Shown here: positions 1 through 10,800 of the stretch, one piece after another
Layout: the number at the start of each line of letters is the position of its first letter
Position numbering within the stretch: position 1 is the stretch's first letter
Notes under the pieces: model-generated
What the model was told of the DNA's origin: nothing
Seen by the model: only the letters and a program-made list of their open reading frames with translations
The model's database searches: none
NCBI RefSeq assembly: GCF_001194135.2
Contig: NC_068992.1
Coordinates: 51,318,001-51,357,113, forward strand
Length of the DNA: 39,113 bases
Direction of reading: 5' to 3'
Source of the DNA: Octopus bimaculoides
Taxonomy: Eukaryota
Made by a program: the position numbers and the translations under genes

Positions 1-62
1 ATCGTAATTTGCGTTATTTGAAATATAGAAATACTAAACATAGGGAACCCTACTTCACCACC

Positions 63-63
63 A

Positions 64-104
<41 letters not shown>

Positions 105-141
105 CAACAACAACTACATCATCAATAATAATAATGATGAT
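63..141. repeat. (AAT)n/(AAC)n/(GAT)n compound microsatellite
   Basis: Direct reading of trinucleotide runs. Confidence 0.9.
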
Positions 142-142
142 A

Positions 143-334
143 ATCCTTTCTGGGGAGGTGGAAGAGGTTAGTCGATTACATCGACTTCAGTGCGTAACTG
201 GTACTTATTTCATCGACCCCACGAAAGGATGACAGGCAAAGTCGACCTCGGTGGAATTCGAACTTGGAACGTAAAGACGAGCGAAATACTGCTAAACATT
301 TTGCTAAGCATTTCACCCGGCAGCTGACAATTCT
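143..334 (-). mobile_element. tRNA-derived CORE-type SINE (octopus OR-like family)
   Basis: Reverse complement matches the copies at 4470, 5373 and 37474: B-box-like GTTCGAATTCC, then ...TTTGCC..TCATCCTTTCG..GGGTCGAT..AATAAGTACCAG and the GTCGAT-NNN-ATCGAC palindrome. Family name is from memory. Confidence 0.85.
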
Positions 335-560
335 CATCATACCCAGCAAAATAAGCTGTGAGTTTTCATATAAGAATAGTAGTAGTAGTAGTAGTAAGAT
401 GATGATGTTTTCTTTTATTCACCAACAAGATGCTGGTTGCTGGGGAACAACACAAAGACAGATATAATGTGTGGGAGTTTACATATAATGAAATGATAAC
501 AAAAAAAAACGATTAATGTTTACACGGTATACAGTAAAACAAAGAATAGAATGATACAAC

Positions 561-563
<3 letters not shown>

Positions 564-621
<58 letters not shown>

Positions 622-627
622 AGAAAC
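564..627. repeat. Poly(A) run (44 A) plus GAAA-rich extension
   Basis: Direct reading. Confidence 0.9.
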
Positions 628-833
628 ATTTCCCAAAGGTCTGGAGAGTCTTATCTGAAACTTTGTCTTTTGAAGGACTTTTAATCATAGAAACAAAATT
701 ATGTGAATGAACACTTTTTAGAACAAATTACGTTAACTAAAAAATTAGAAAAAATTGTAGACGGAAATTTGCTAATTGCTTATGCGTGTATTTAATATCC
801 AAATAAAACTTGTAATTTTTTCTCTGTATACAG

Positions 834-1040
834 CTGAATACCCTTTTTAACCTGTATCCACAACTTTTGGAAACACGCGTGCTGCTTAACTATTTTAACT
901 CTACTCTGACGGAAGACTGGAAGAAGTATTTTTTTGGTGGTGGCACTGGAAAATATATGAAGTTCATCGCAGTTGATCTAGCAAGCGGGACCTCATATCA
1001 GGAGGCGGGGCCGGTGCGCATTAGTGCCGTCGAGAGATAG
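834..1040 (+). CDS. Probable terminal coding exon of an unidentified protein (LNTLFNLYPQLLETRVLLNYFNSTLTEDWKKYFFGGGTGKYMKFIAVDLASGTSYQEAGPVRISAVER*); upstream exons not located
   Basis: Pyrimidine-rich acceptor TTTTTTCTCTGTATACAG ending at 833. A phase-0 frame of 68 codons runs to TAG at 1038-1040. GC content is higher than the flanks and the composition is protein-like. It is absent from the ORF track because it lacks a qualifying start. Confidence 0.65.
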   Translation: MNTLFNLYPQLLETRVLLNYFNSTLTEDWKKYFFGGGTGKYMKFIAVDLASGTSYQEAGPVRISAVER

Positions 1041-1700
1041 GCCCTGAAACGGCGCGCATTCTCTCCTGACGACCCCATACAATTGCTGGCTTCCAGTATG
1101 TGGAGCTTTCGATTGGTAGCACTTGCATGTGCAAGTTGCTTGCAGAACATCTATGTAAATCCTTAATTTTCTACAAAACAAATGTTGATTTTCAATGAGG
1201 AAAGCGTCAACATAACACCTTTACTTCCTGTATTATCGCTTTTAGCATTGTTCCATTCTACTTTCTTGATATTTTCAATTGAAATTAGGTGCATACATAG
1301 AAGTAAATAAATTATACTTGTGTGTGGAGTGCCATTTACATCCTTAAAAAAATTAAAGCCACAACGTTCCATATTTTGCAGAAACATTCTTTCTGGATTT
1401 CTCGGCAATTATATACGAATATTTTTTCGAATGTTTTGAATTGAAATGCTTGAATCCAAGTAATGAACAACTACATAAATATATATATAAACATACGTTG
1501 TTTACACGGAGAAAGATATTTTTTAAAAGTATAATAGCTCTGGCTTTTCAAATTTTATGGAAACATTCTTTCGGGATTTTTTTTTTTTACAGTTTGTCTA
1601 AGAACGATGATGAAGCGCAGAAAAAAAAAATGAAGGACTATTTCGTTTGCATCTAAAGTATATAAATATATATTGTGTGCATTTGAAGCTACATTTTTTC

Positions 1701-1748
1701 AATAAAAAAAGTAAATCAAAATTCGAAATTTTCAGAATATGAAATAAA
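1701..1748 (+). terminator. Candidate polyadenylation signals (AATAAA at 1701 and 1743) for the gene ending at 1040
   Basis: Two AATAAA hexamers about 660-700 nt after the stop; the second is followed by GT-rich sequence. AATAAA is common in AT-rich DNA. Confidence 0.25.
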
Positions 1749-1769
1749 GTAGTACTAACGTTATTGTTG

Positions 1770-1832
1770 AATACACATTCCAGGCATTATTTTGCATGGA
1801 ATACACATTCTCCTCATTATTTTGCATGGAAT
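1770..1832. repeat. 30-bp tandem duplication
   Basis: AATACACATTCCAGGCATTATTTTGCATGG followed by AATACACATTCTCCTCATTATTTTGCATGG. Confidence 0.9.
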
Positions 1833-3199
1833 CTTCTTATATTTATCAATTTTATTATTGCCAGAAACACTAGTATGTTTTCATACATGAAAGAAGAATA
1901 TATCGAAAGGGACACAGGAACTGTTAGTGTTTTGAATCTCTTCATACGGAAAAAAAAAAAAGCCGCGTTTTCGTTTGCAGAAAGTGTTTTCCAGGTCAAA
2001 AAGTGAAAGTTTAATGAATCTTTTCACAAAAACAAATAATAAATGGATTTAATGTCTTTTAATTTTGTCTAAATATGCTCTCGTCAACTTCATCATTTGT
2101 CTGTCTCCACTGATTTAAATTGCATTTTGAATAGGATACTCCACAAATGAATCACGATAGATGTTCTTCCAGTTGACACTCAAATGTTATATACTATCAC
2201 ACTCAATATGCTATATGCCAATAATAAATGAGATCGAAGAATCGATCAGGAGATAGAGATAGTTTTCCTTGGGGAAACGAGTCTGTTCCCGATGACTATT
2301 TCTCGCCACAAACTCCTTTGGTATATGTGTGTATGTGTGTGTAATTCCTGACTTCCATCTGCATGATTAAGGTTTTTTTGTCTGTTTCATGACCTGAGTT
2401 CAACTAGGACTTAGTCGAATGCAACGGAGAAAGTCATGCTTTTACGGAAATGTAACTGTGTCTTCTGTATTTACTGTTAACCGCTCTCTCTTCTTTTATA
2501 TTCAGAATTAACGGTGGAAAACGTGGTTGTTTTACCTGTTAATTATAAATGAAATAAAATATTTGATGGACCCACCTTAATGGCATCGTCACTAGATACT
2601 CTAAAGCATCTATCCCCCACTCTTTCAATCAACTATTTCACTTTCGTTCCCTAATAATTTCCTTTTGTAAATGCTTGAAAATCAGTGGTTAAAATGAACT
2701 CACTTTCATAGGGCTTTGGAAACAAAGCAGTAGAGAGAAGAAAAAAAAAACATATATTAAAAGGTTCTGGTCGAAGAAGGATAAAAACCTCTAATAGCAA
2801 TCTTGTGAATTTAACGTTGCGTAAATATATTTGATTGAATATAAATAATAATAATAACCACACAAATTCTTGAACAACGTCTCAGTGTGAATTCTTCACA
2901 AGTACCCATATATAAAATTACAAGCTTATGATGTGCGCCAAGAAAGGACTAGATTATTCTAGTGCAGTGTCTGTATTATATGCTATAAACAGGACTATCA
3001 TTCAGAAAAGTAGCTATTTTATCGAATTATAATTACTTTTTATTGATCTGTCACGAGAGTGTGATGCTGCAAATTATCACGTTGATCATCGAATGAAAGA
3101 TGAGATGCTGGTGGTTTAGCAGGGTTATGTTCTGGCTGCGAGTAAATGATGCGCAATACGTATTGCTTTTACATTGCTTTTTTTTTTTTTTTACCTTTT

Positions 3200-3385
3200 T
3201 ATTTGTTTCATACATCAGATTGCAGCCATGCTGGGAAACCGCATTTTTGGTTGAATGTACTTAATTTTTTAAATCCTGGTACTTATCCTATCGGTCACTT
3301 TTGCCGAACCGCTAATTTACGGGGACATAAACACACCAGCACCGGTTTTCAAGTGGTGGTGGGGAGGACAGAGACAAACACACAC
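3200..3385 (-). mobile_element. 3' portion of the second tRNA-SINE family
   Basis: Matches the reverse complement of 9260-9450 (ACTTAT..TATCGGTC.CTTTTGCCGAACCGCTAA.TTACGGGGAC.TAAACACACCAGC). Confidence 0.75.
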
Positions 3386-3470
3386 ATATATATATATATA
3401 TATGAAATTTTGAATTTAGTTCACGCACCCCCAGAACTGCCTTTGCGGACCCACTGTTCTAGACCATTGC

Positions 3471-3528
3471 ATCACGTGATGTCTCGATGCTGATTGGTCA
3501 GTCAATCAGCTGATCACATGAAATGGCT
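3471..3528. promoter_or_regulatory. Promoter-like motif cluster (CACGTG E-box palindrome, inverted CCAAT-type pair, two further E-boxes, YY1-like AAATGGC)
   Basis: ATCACGTGAT 3471-3480; CTGATTGGTC 3490-3499; GTCAATCAGC 3501-3510; CAGCTG 3507-3512; CACATG 3515-3520; CpG-retaining surroundings. Confidence 0.35.
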
Positions 3529-4469
3529 GTTACAAGACTGTGACTTTTACTTGACAATTTGTCGATTCGGTTTCGAATCTGCTACAGATCCAACTCCACA
3601 TTTCTATGGTCAACGCACAAAGAAGAGCCCGTTAGGCGTATTCAAGAGAGGTGCGATTCCACAAATTCCTTAATATATAGGATTGTTATTTAGGCAACTA
3701 AGATACTCATTCCATTATAATATAAATTTGATTCTGCTGTCTACTGTTGGACATGAAAATGTGATTATATTAATTTAAACAGCTTCGTCGTGCTATAGAT
3801 ATGCTAACTGGTGAAAGGTTAAAGTAGAGACTGAACACAATAAAATATTCTTGAGCTATTTTAAAATCTCGATCGATTTGATTTAACGGAGATGGTTAAA
3901 CATTACAGTGTTCATAATATATTAGCAATAACCTGTTTCGTATAACCGATCTTATTTACGAAGAAAATAATTAAGCTCAATGAATGATGAGTTTAATTTG
4001 CTGAAATAGAGAGACAGAATAGCAAGGCAGTTAATTAGCACCTGGCAAAAAGGAAAACTGCTCACTTAACTATGGCCATTGAATTTAATTATAATAATTC
4101 ATTTAATTTAAAGTGTATTGGATTTCGGAAGTTTACTGACTATTGGAGTGATGTTAAATACCAATTCCTTCATAAAAGATAAAAGCAGTATAATGAAGTG
4201 TTTAGTACGGCACCTGTAGCAGCATGTGTTACTTCTACTACAAGATTAATCTGTAAATGCTGAGTAGAATCCAATGGCGTAATGTGGGTATCCATCTGCA
4301 TGATTAGTACAAAATCAAATCCGATGGCGAAGATAATTGTGTTTTTAATAAATAATTGCGTTTTTACTGTTAACCATTCTTTCTTCTATTCTATTTTAGA
4401 AGGGTCATTATGCCAATAAAAAATACACACACTGGTTTTATTTCACTTCTTTTGTTATTATTAGTAATC

Positions 4470-4702
4470 TAAGGCGGTGAGCTGACAGAATCGTTAACAT
4501 GCTGCGTAAAATGCTTAGCGGCATTTCGTCCGTCTTTACATACTGAGTTTAAATTCCGCTGAGGTTGTCTCTATCTACGATTCTTTTGGGGTAGATAAAA
4601 TAAGTACCAGTTGAGTACTGGGGATCTATATAATCGAATTAGCCCCTCTGGGGAGGGGCTTATTCGATTATATCGCTGGTCACATGCCAAAATTTGAAAT
4701 CA
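4470..4702 (+). mobile_element. CORE-type tRNA-SINE, full length, with an inverted duplication in its 3' part
   Basis: Head AAGGCGGTGAGCTGACAGAATCG, B-box-like GAGTTTAAATTCC, core GATAAAATAAGTACCAG, tail GCCAAAATTTGAAA. Confidence 0.85.
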
Positions 4703-4705
4703 ACT

Positions 4706-4930
4706 GAGATTGAGATCTGGCAGAATCGTAAACATGCCCAACAAAATGCTGAACAACCTTTCGTCCATCCCTGTTCAAATTCGTCCATCGTAAGTTCAAA
4801 TTCTGCTGAGGTCGACTTTGCCTTTCATCATTTTGGAATCGATAAAATAAGTACCAGATAAGCACTGAGGTCAATGAAATCGAAGAACGTCCACCCACGA
4901 ATTTGTGCCAAAATTTGAACTCATCATTAT
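4706..4930 (+). mobile_element. CORE-type tRNA-SINE, second tandem copy
   Basis: TGGCAGAATCG head, AAGTTCAAATTC B-box, GAGGTCGACTTTGCCTTTCATC core, TGTGCCAAAATTTGAA tail. Confidence 0.85.
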
Positions 4931-5372
4931 TACTCATCTAGCTAACTATTTAATCCCCCACCTCTCTCTCTCTCCTACATTTTCACTTACTCTCCTAAAG
5001 TTTAAATATAGAATATAGAATTTGAAAACTAGGAGATAGGCAGACCTGGAGCAAAGAGGACATGTCAATGATGAGGAATCTGACCAATCTAGCTGATTGA
5101 TTGACCTTACGATTAGCAAAGCATTCGATTAAATAAATTGGTTAAACGGTTAATTAGTTGACTATTAATAATAGGAGAAATGAAATAGAACCAGTGCGTG
5201 TGTTTATTATTGGCATAATGACATTAGTGAGATACAGTAAAATACAGATATATACAGAAACAAAATATTCTTTCTTCTGTTACAATCATAATTAATGGGG
5301 AGAAAACGTAGCCTTTTTCGTATTAATTATGAATGTAATATTAAAATATTTTATGGATCCAAGTTTAATAAT

Positions 5373-5808
5373 ATTCTTTTCTACTCTAGGCACAAGGTCC
5401 AAATTGTTTTTGGTGGGGGGACCAGTCGATTAGATCGACTCCAGTACGCAACTGGTACTTAATTTATCGACCACGAAAGGATGAAAGGCAAAGTCGACCT
5501 TGGCGGAATTTGAACTCAGAACGTAATGGCAGACGAAATACCGCTAAGCATTTCGCCCGGCGTGCTAACGTTTCTTATTTCTTTATTGCCCACAACGGGC
5601 TAAACATAGAGGGGACAAACAAGGACAGACAAAGGGATTAAGTCAGTTACATCGACCCCATTGCGCAACTGGTACTTATTTAATCGACCCCGAAAAATGA
5701 AAGGCAAAGTCGACCTCGGTGGAATTTGAACTCAGAACGTAACGGCAGACGAAATACCGCTAAGCATTTCGCCCGGCATGTTAACGTTTCTGCCAGATCA
5801 CCGCCTTA
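5373..5808 (-). mobile_element. Composite (dimeric or nested) CORE-type SINE flanked by a 16-bp target-site duplication
   Basis: Two near-identical SINE bodies with different tails. ATCCAAGTTTAATAAT occurs at 5357-5372 and 5809-5824. Confidence 0.9.
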
Positions 5809-6607
5809 ATCCAAGTTTAATAATGAGAAAGTAACTCTAGATGCTTTGCAATATCTTTCAGGCACTTTACTGTTCATTATTTCACTTTCGTTCTGCAATA
5901 ATTCTATATGGTTGAAAAATTCACTGAGGATCCAATAATGTGGTGTGTGTAAACCATACAAGATCACTACTTTATGTATGTGCCTTTAATGTTGCCGAGA
6001 GCAGGGGTCGGTGAACCGGGGTAAATTGCCCCATGTGGAGTAAAAATGAAATTCTTGAGGTAGTGAGGACTCATTAGAAATGAGTAAAATAATATAAAAA
6101 AACTTGCTCCTTGCTACAACAGAAATTTTTCTCCTGGCAACATTGCATCGGTCCAATGTAATAGACGCGTAAATAGATTCATATAAATAGATTCAACAAA
6201 CCTTTTGAATTAAAAAAAAATCAATGATTTTCTTCCTTTCAAAGCAAGGGGGGTGACGTCGGTGTAAATAAATATATTTTGGGATAATTGGTTAAAAAAA
6301 GTTTCCCAACTCTTGATCTAAAGAACTAGGTCATCAATTTCGCTTCCCCATAGGGGCGGCCGGGTTTTGAGCTGTGTTTGTATAAAATCAAGACTTGAAT
6401 TTTCATATGGAAACGTCTGAAATTTGTTGGCGTTGATGTTGAAATCTTTCATTCTAGTTATGTTGATTGAATCAATAAAAGTCAACGGATTAATCTAACG
6501 AATAACAGTAAATTGTAGGTTAATGGGATAGCAACTCATTTTATTAGTGTATCGTAATATGTGGGTAAGAGGAGCCGGTGAATGTTAGAGCTAGAAATAA
6601 ACTATAA

Positions 6608-6720
6608 GGCGTGTGCGTGCGTGTACATGTGTATTTGTGCGTGTGTGTGTGTGCGCGCGTTTGTATGTGTGAACGTGCGTGCATTTGTGTGTGTGTGTGT
6701 GCGTGTGTGCGTATGTGTGT
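6608..6720. repeat. (GT)n/(GC)n imperfect microsatellite
   Basis: Direct reading. Confidence 0.85.
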
Positions 6721-7850
6721 AGCATTAATAGGTCTCGGTTTTCTTTTTGTGTATCAATGAGCTGAAAATTGAGCTGTAATCCTTATTCGTATACTTGGAT
6801 ATCTTTTTTTTATTTTATCTCCCAGAACTTAATCGCTGCCAGAGATAATAAATGCTGACAAAGCAGCGCGTAAAACAATCCGGTTGTTTAGATGCTATAA
6901 AATTTTGTTGTTGCTGACTGATTATAAGCTATCAACCATTCCATCTTTCTGTGTCTGTTATAAAAACGGTAGAATCGACCAAAGCTCTCTCTGCAGCTTT
7001 CATGTTAATAAATTCCATTTGCCTGTTACCTCGCTTTTACTGTTCCGTCTCATTAGGATCACTCCATCCATGAATAAATAAGTAACAGTCTATAAATGAA
7101 AGCACTTTCTCCTAAACTAAATTATCTTCATACCGATGTTTTGGATCATAAACGGATCATTCCGTTTTCAACTTCTATAAATGCCTGCTGTATATCTATC
7201 AGCAGAAGCAACATTTATAGATGGAAAATATAAATATCTCTGGTTTAACAAGTTGACGTAATATAACTAATCAGCATCTAATTCTCTTTGTCAGTGCACT
7301 CATTTTGTATTCTCATATATTTGCTTATATTCACCAACCTTATCTCTCCATATAATTAGTCATTTAGCTCGAGTATGTATCGAAATTAGCGGTGCGTGTA
7401 TATGCGGGGGCATTTGTTAATCTTAGAATCCTTTATACTCCCCACAACTTTTGATAAAGCTGCATAAATATACTTACATAAATACATACATATACGTTCA
7501 TACATTTACGCGTGTGTATGTGAGGCAAAGAGGTGTAAAACTTAAGTCTCAGCTTATTTAACTGATACAGTGAAGCACTTATATGTATGTTTGTTAAAGT
7601 GCCTATTCTACTATACATAATTAACCGTATCAAATGCGAACTGATATAAAACCATGTTTCCATTTTATTTGTTTATTTCTTTTCTCTCTTTATCAAGATC
7701 ACAGACATGCATAAGCATCGTGTCTTAAGTGGGAATCTGGTTAGAAGAAATATGAGAAATAGAGATCTGTTGAAAAGAGTAAAAATTATTGTAGGCGAAT
7801 GAAAAAAAAGGTAACTTGTCACGTCGTACACCCTTTGATCAGTCCACGTA

Positions 7851-7852
<2 letters not shown>

Positions 7853-7934
<82 letters not shown>

Positions 7935-8041
7935 TAGATACACACATACATACATACACACATACATATATATATTTATTTATGTATGTATACATATATA
8001 TAAATATGTATATGTATATATATATCTGTGTGTGTGTATAC

Positions 8042-8084
<43 letters not shown>

Positions 8085-8140
8085 TGCATCTATATAATTA
8101 TATAGGTATGTTTGTATGTATACGTGTGTGTGTGTGTATG
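7853..8140. repeat. (TA)n/(CATA)n/(TG)n compound microsatellite
   Basis: Direct reading; source of the YI/IY ORFs. Confidence 0.95.
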
Positions 8141-9048
8141 AGAGAGAAAGAGAAAGCGTGTGGGTATTGTTATTTTCTTCCACAACAATTATGAATGAAC
8201 GCATTCACCTGAAATCTAATCTACTAATTATTTCATTGCTTACTTTTTTTCCTTCTATTCTTATCTCGTTTGTATATATTTTGGAAAAGCTTACAAATGT
8301 TATCAATAATGATATATACATATATATGTATATAATAAGATTCTGTCTTTCTGAAAGGTCACAAATGTTAATTTGTCAAAGCTAATAAATGAAGCCTACA
8401 TGCAGCCCTGTATTAATTAATTCCGCATGAAAGATATGTGTCGCTATTGCTGTGCTTATGTAAAAAGCAACAACAGACGCAAGCTAACGTCATGTCTCGT
8501 ATCTCTTTTATGAGAATTTAATGAAGACTATTTAGAAATCATATACTTCTTGCAAGAACGATTCCTACCTTTTACAGTGAGCTAACACTCCCGTCCCACA
8601 AGGAAGCCTTTAAACTAATGGAAGCTGGCTCTCACCCACTGGACTATTTTAGAAATCTTAAACTTCTAGCTTGTTTGGTTTCCCACAAAGAAGTCCTTGT
8701 ACTAGACGTTGAGAACTCTTACCCACTCAACTGTTTAGACATCACTACCTTCTGGCTCAATTGCCTCCCATGATCTGCAGTACGCTAGAACACCAGACCG
8801 ACATTGAAACCCTTACCCCAAGGTGGAGGGTCCGTCCACATTCAAATTTGAAACTGCTCACCGTGGAACTGTTTAGACCATAACAACAATTTACTTGTCT
8901 ACTAATTAAAATCAACGATTCATCATTATCTTATTCAACTGAGTTGTTCTTGCAACAGTTTCTTATATATTTACAATTCACTCCTGGTACTAACAATTCT
9001 GCCAGATTACTGCCTTATATATGTGTATATATGTGTATGTGTTTTGAT

Positions 9049-9455
9049 GGGCGTAGGAGTGGCTGTGTGGTAAATAGCTCGCTTACAAACCACCTGGTTC
9101 TGGTTCAGTTCCCCATACATGGCACTTTGGGCAAGTGTCTTCTACTATAGCCTCAGGCCGACCAAAGCATTGTGAGTGGATTTGGTAGATGGAAACTGAA
9201 AGAAGCTCATCGTATGTATGTATATATGTGTTTGTGTGTATATGTTTGTGTGTCTGTGTTTGTCCCCCCCCCCCCCCAACATCGCTTGACAACCGATGCT
9301 GGTGTGTTTACATCCCCGTAACATTAGCGGTTCGGCAAAAGAGACCGATAGAATAAGCACTAGGCTTACAAAGAATAAGTCCTGGGGTCGATTTGCTCGA
9401 CTAAAGGTGGTGCTCCAGCATGGCCGCAGTCAAATGACTGAAACAAGTAAAGAGT
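9049..9455 (+). mobile_element. Second tRNA-SINE family, full length (tRNA-like head, conserved GGTAGA(C/T)GGAAACTG domain, internal microsatellite, 3' tail)
   Basis: A-box TGGCTGTGTGGT, B-box GGTTCAGTTCCC, ACTTTGGGCAAGTGTCTT domain. The same structure appears reversed at 27085 and 34467. Confidence 0.9.
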
Positions 9456-10299
9456 ATATGTATTTACACATTTTATGTCTTCTAAATTTCACTCACAGAC
9501 ATTAGTTAACATTTGAAAGATGGAGTGCTGTGTATTTGAACTTGAATCCATGTGGTTGGAAAGCAAAGATTTTACCTACATGACAAGGCCTATAAGTAAT
9601 TTATTTCTCTTCCAACATGTTTTCTAAATCCAACTAAATCTTCCTTAACTTTCTACTGATTGTTTCAATCAATTACAACTGCTCAGTCATAATTTTTACT
9701 ATATTTAGAGTCTAGCAAGATTGGTGCAACCTACAAGATGCCAGGGTTATTATTTTTACCATTGGCTATTATTGACAGATTTCTCAGCATTTGAATTCTC
9801 TTAATATACAAGGTTCTACAAATACACATCAGACACTGCATTTCAATCATTTTTCTTTTCGTATTTGTACAAAGCTTAATGAATATTGTTACAGAGTTCA
9901 TCTTGTAATTACTTAAGAGACCAATGAAAATATGTGTCCTTGTCCACTTCAAGTCAAATGTCATCTCTAAAAATTCAATTTCCTTCTCATATTTCTATAC
10001 AATTGATATATGGATTCTTTTCTCCATCATCCTTTAATAAAGCTAAAAGAATTATCCAGACTTTCAAAAATAGCTTAATCCAATATGAATTTATGACTTT
10101 ACAGTTGAAAGTTGTATAAGTACTACAGGATATATATATTGTAGCTACTCTAGTGAGACCAACAACACAACAGCGGTATTAATCTTATGAAATGTAAAAG
10201 AAACTGTAATATATCTAATTAATTTGAAGCTACTTTATGGAAGAACTATTTTAGGTTTGAAACTTGTTACTTATATAACCCTTCATTATTTCTAAGCAA

Positions 10300-10505
10300 T
10301 AAGGTGGTGAGTTGGTGAGCTGGACAAAATGCTTAGTGGCATTTCTGTCTGCTTGATGTTCTGTGTTCAAATCCTGCTGAGTTCCACTTTGCCTTTCACC
10401 CTTCATGGTATCAATAAAATGAGTACTAACTTGAGCACTGGGTGTGATGTAATCAACTAACCACCTTCCCCCAAAACTTCAAGCCTTGTGCCTATGGCAG
10501 AAAGG
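10300..10505 (+). mobile_element. CORE-type SINE, CpG-decayed copy
   Basis: Same layout as the 4470 copy with CG>TG/CA changes. Confidence 0.8.
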
Positions 10506-10599
10506 CTTGGTCTAATCGTTAGTGTGCTAGTTACATGATCATATTGTTCAATTTCTGAACTGGGTAATGTTGTGATTTTATATAATTATATAGATTGGA

Positions 10600-10783
10600 G
10601 TGCCACATGAAAGAAGCACCCAGCACCCTCTGCAAAGTGGTTGGTGTTAGGAAGGGCATCCAGCTGTAGAAACCATGACAAATCGGACAGGAGTCTGGTC
10701 CAGACCTCAGCTTGCCAGCTCTGGTCACACTGTCCAATCCATGGACAACGGACACTAAATGATGATGATGATAATGATGATGA
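10600..10783 (+). mobile_element. RTE-tail non-autonomous element (3' part) ending in (GAT)n
   Basis: GTTAGGAAGGGCATCCAGCTGTAGAAAC motif and (GAT)n tail shared with the 17875 and 22330 copies. Confidence 0.75.
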
Positions 10784-10800
10784 GTTGTTAATTACATTCA

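Noticed and set aside
3153-3166. Perfect 14-bp palindrome GCAATACGTATTGC
   Set aside because: One or more are expected by chance in 39 kb.
3518-3673. 51-aa ORF MKWLLQDCDF...
   Set aside because: The ATG overlaps the promoter-like motifs, there is no recognisable homology, and the length is within chance.
5990-6370. GC-richer segment with short inverted motifs (GTTGCCGAGAG / CTCCTGGCAAC) and a CRE-like TGACGTC
   Set aside because: I found no convincing terminal inverted repeats or TSD, so I cannot classify it.
9049-9130. tRNA-like A/B boxes here and in other SINE heads
   Set aside because: I could not fold a cloverleaf, and each continues into a SINE body.
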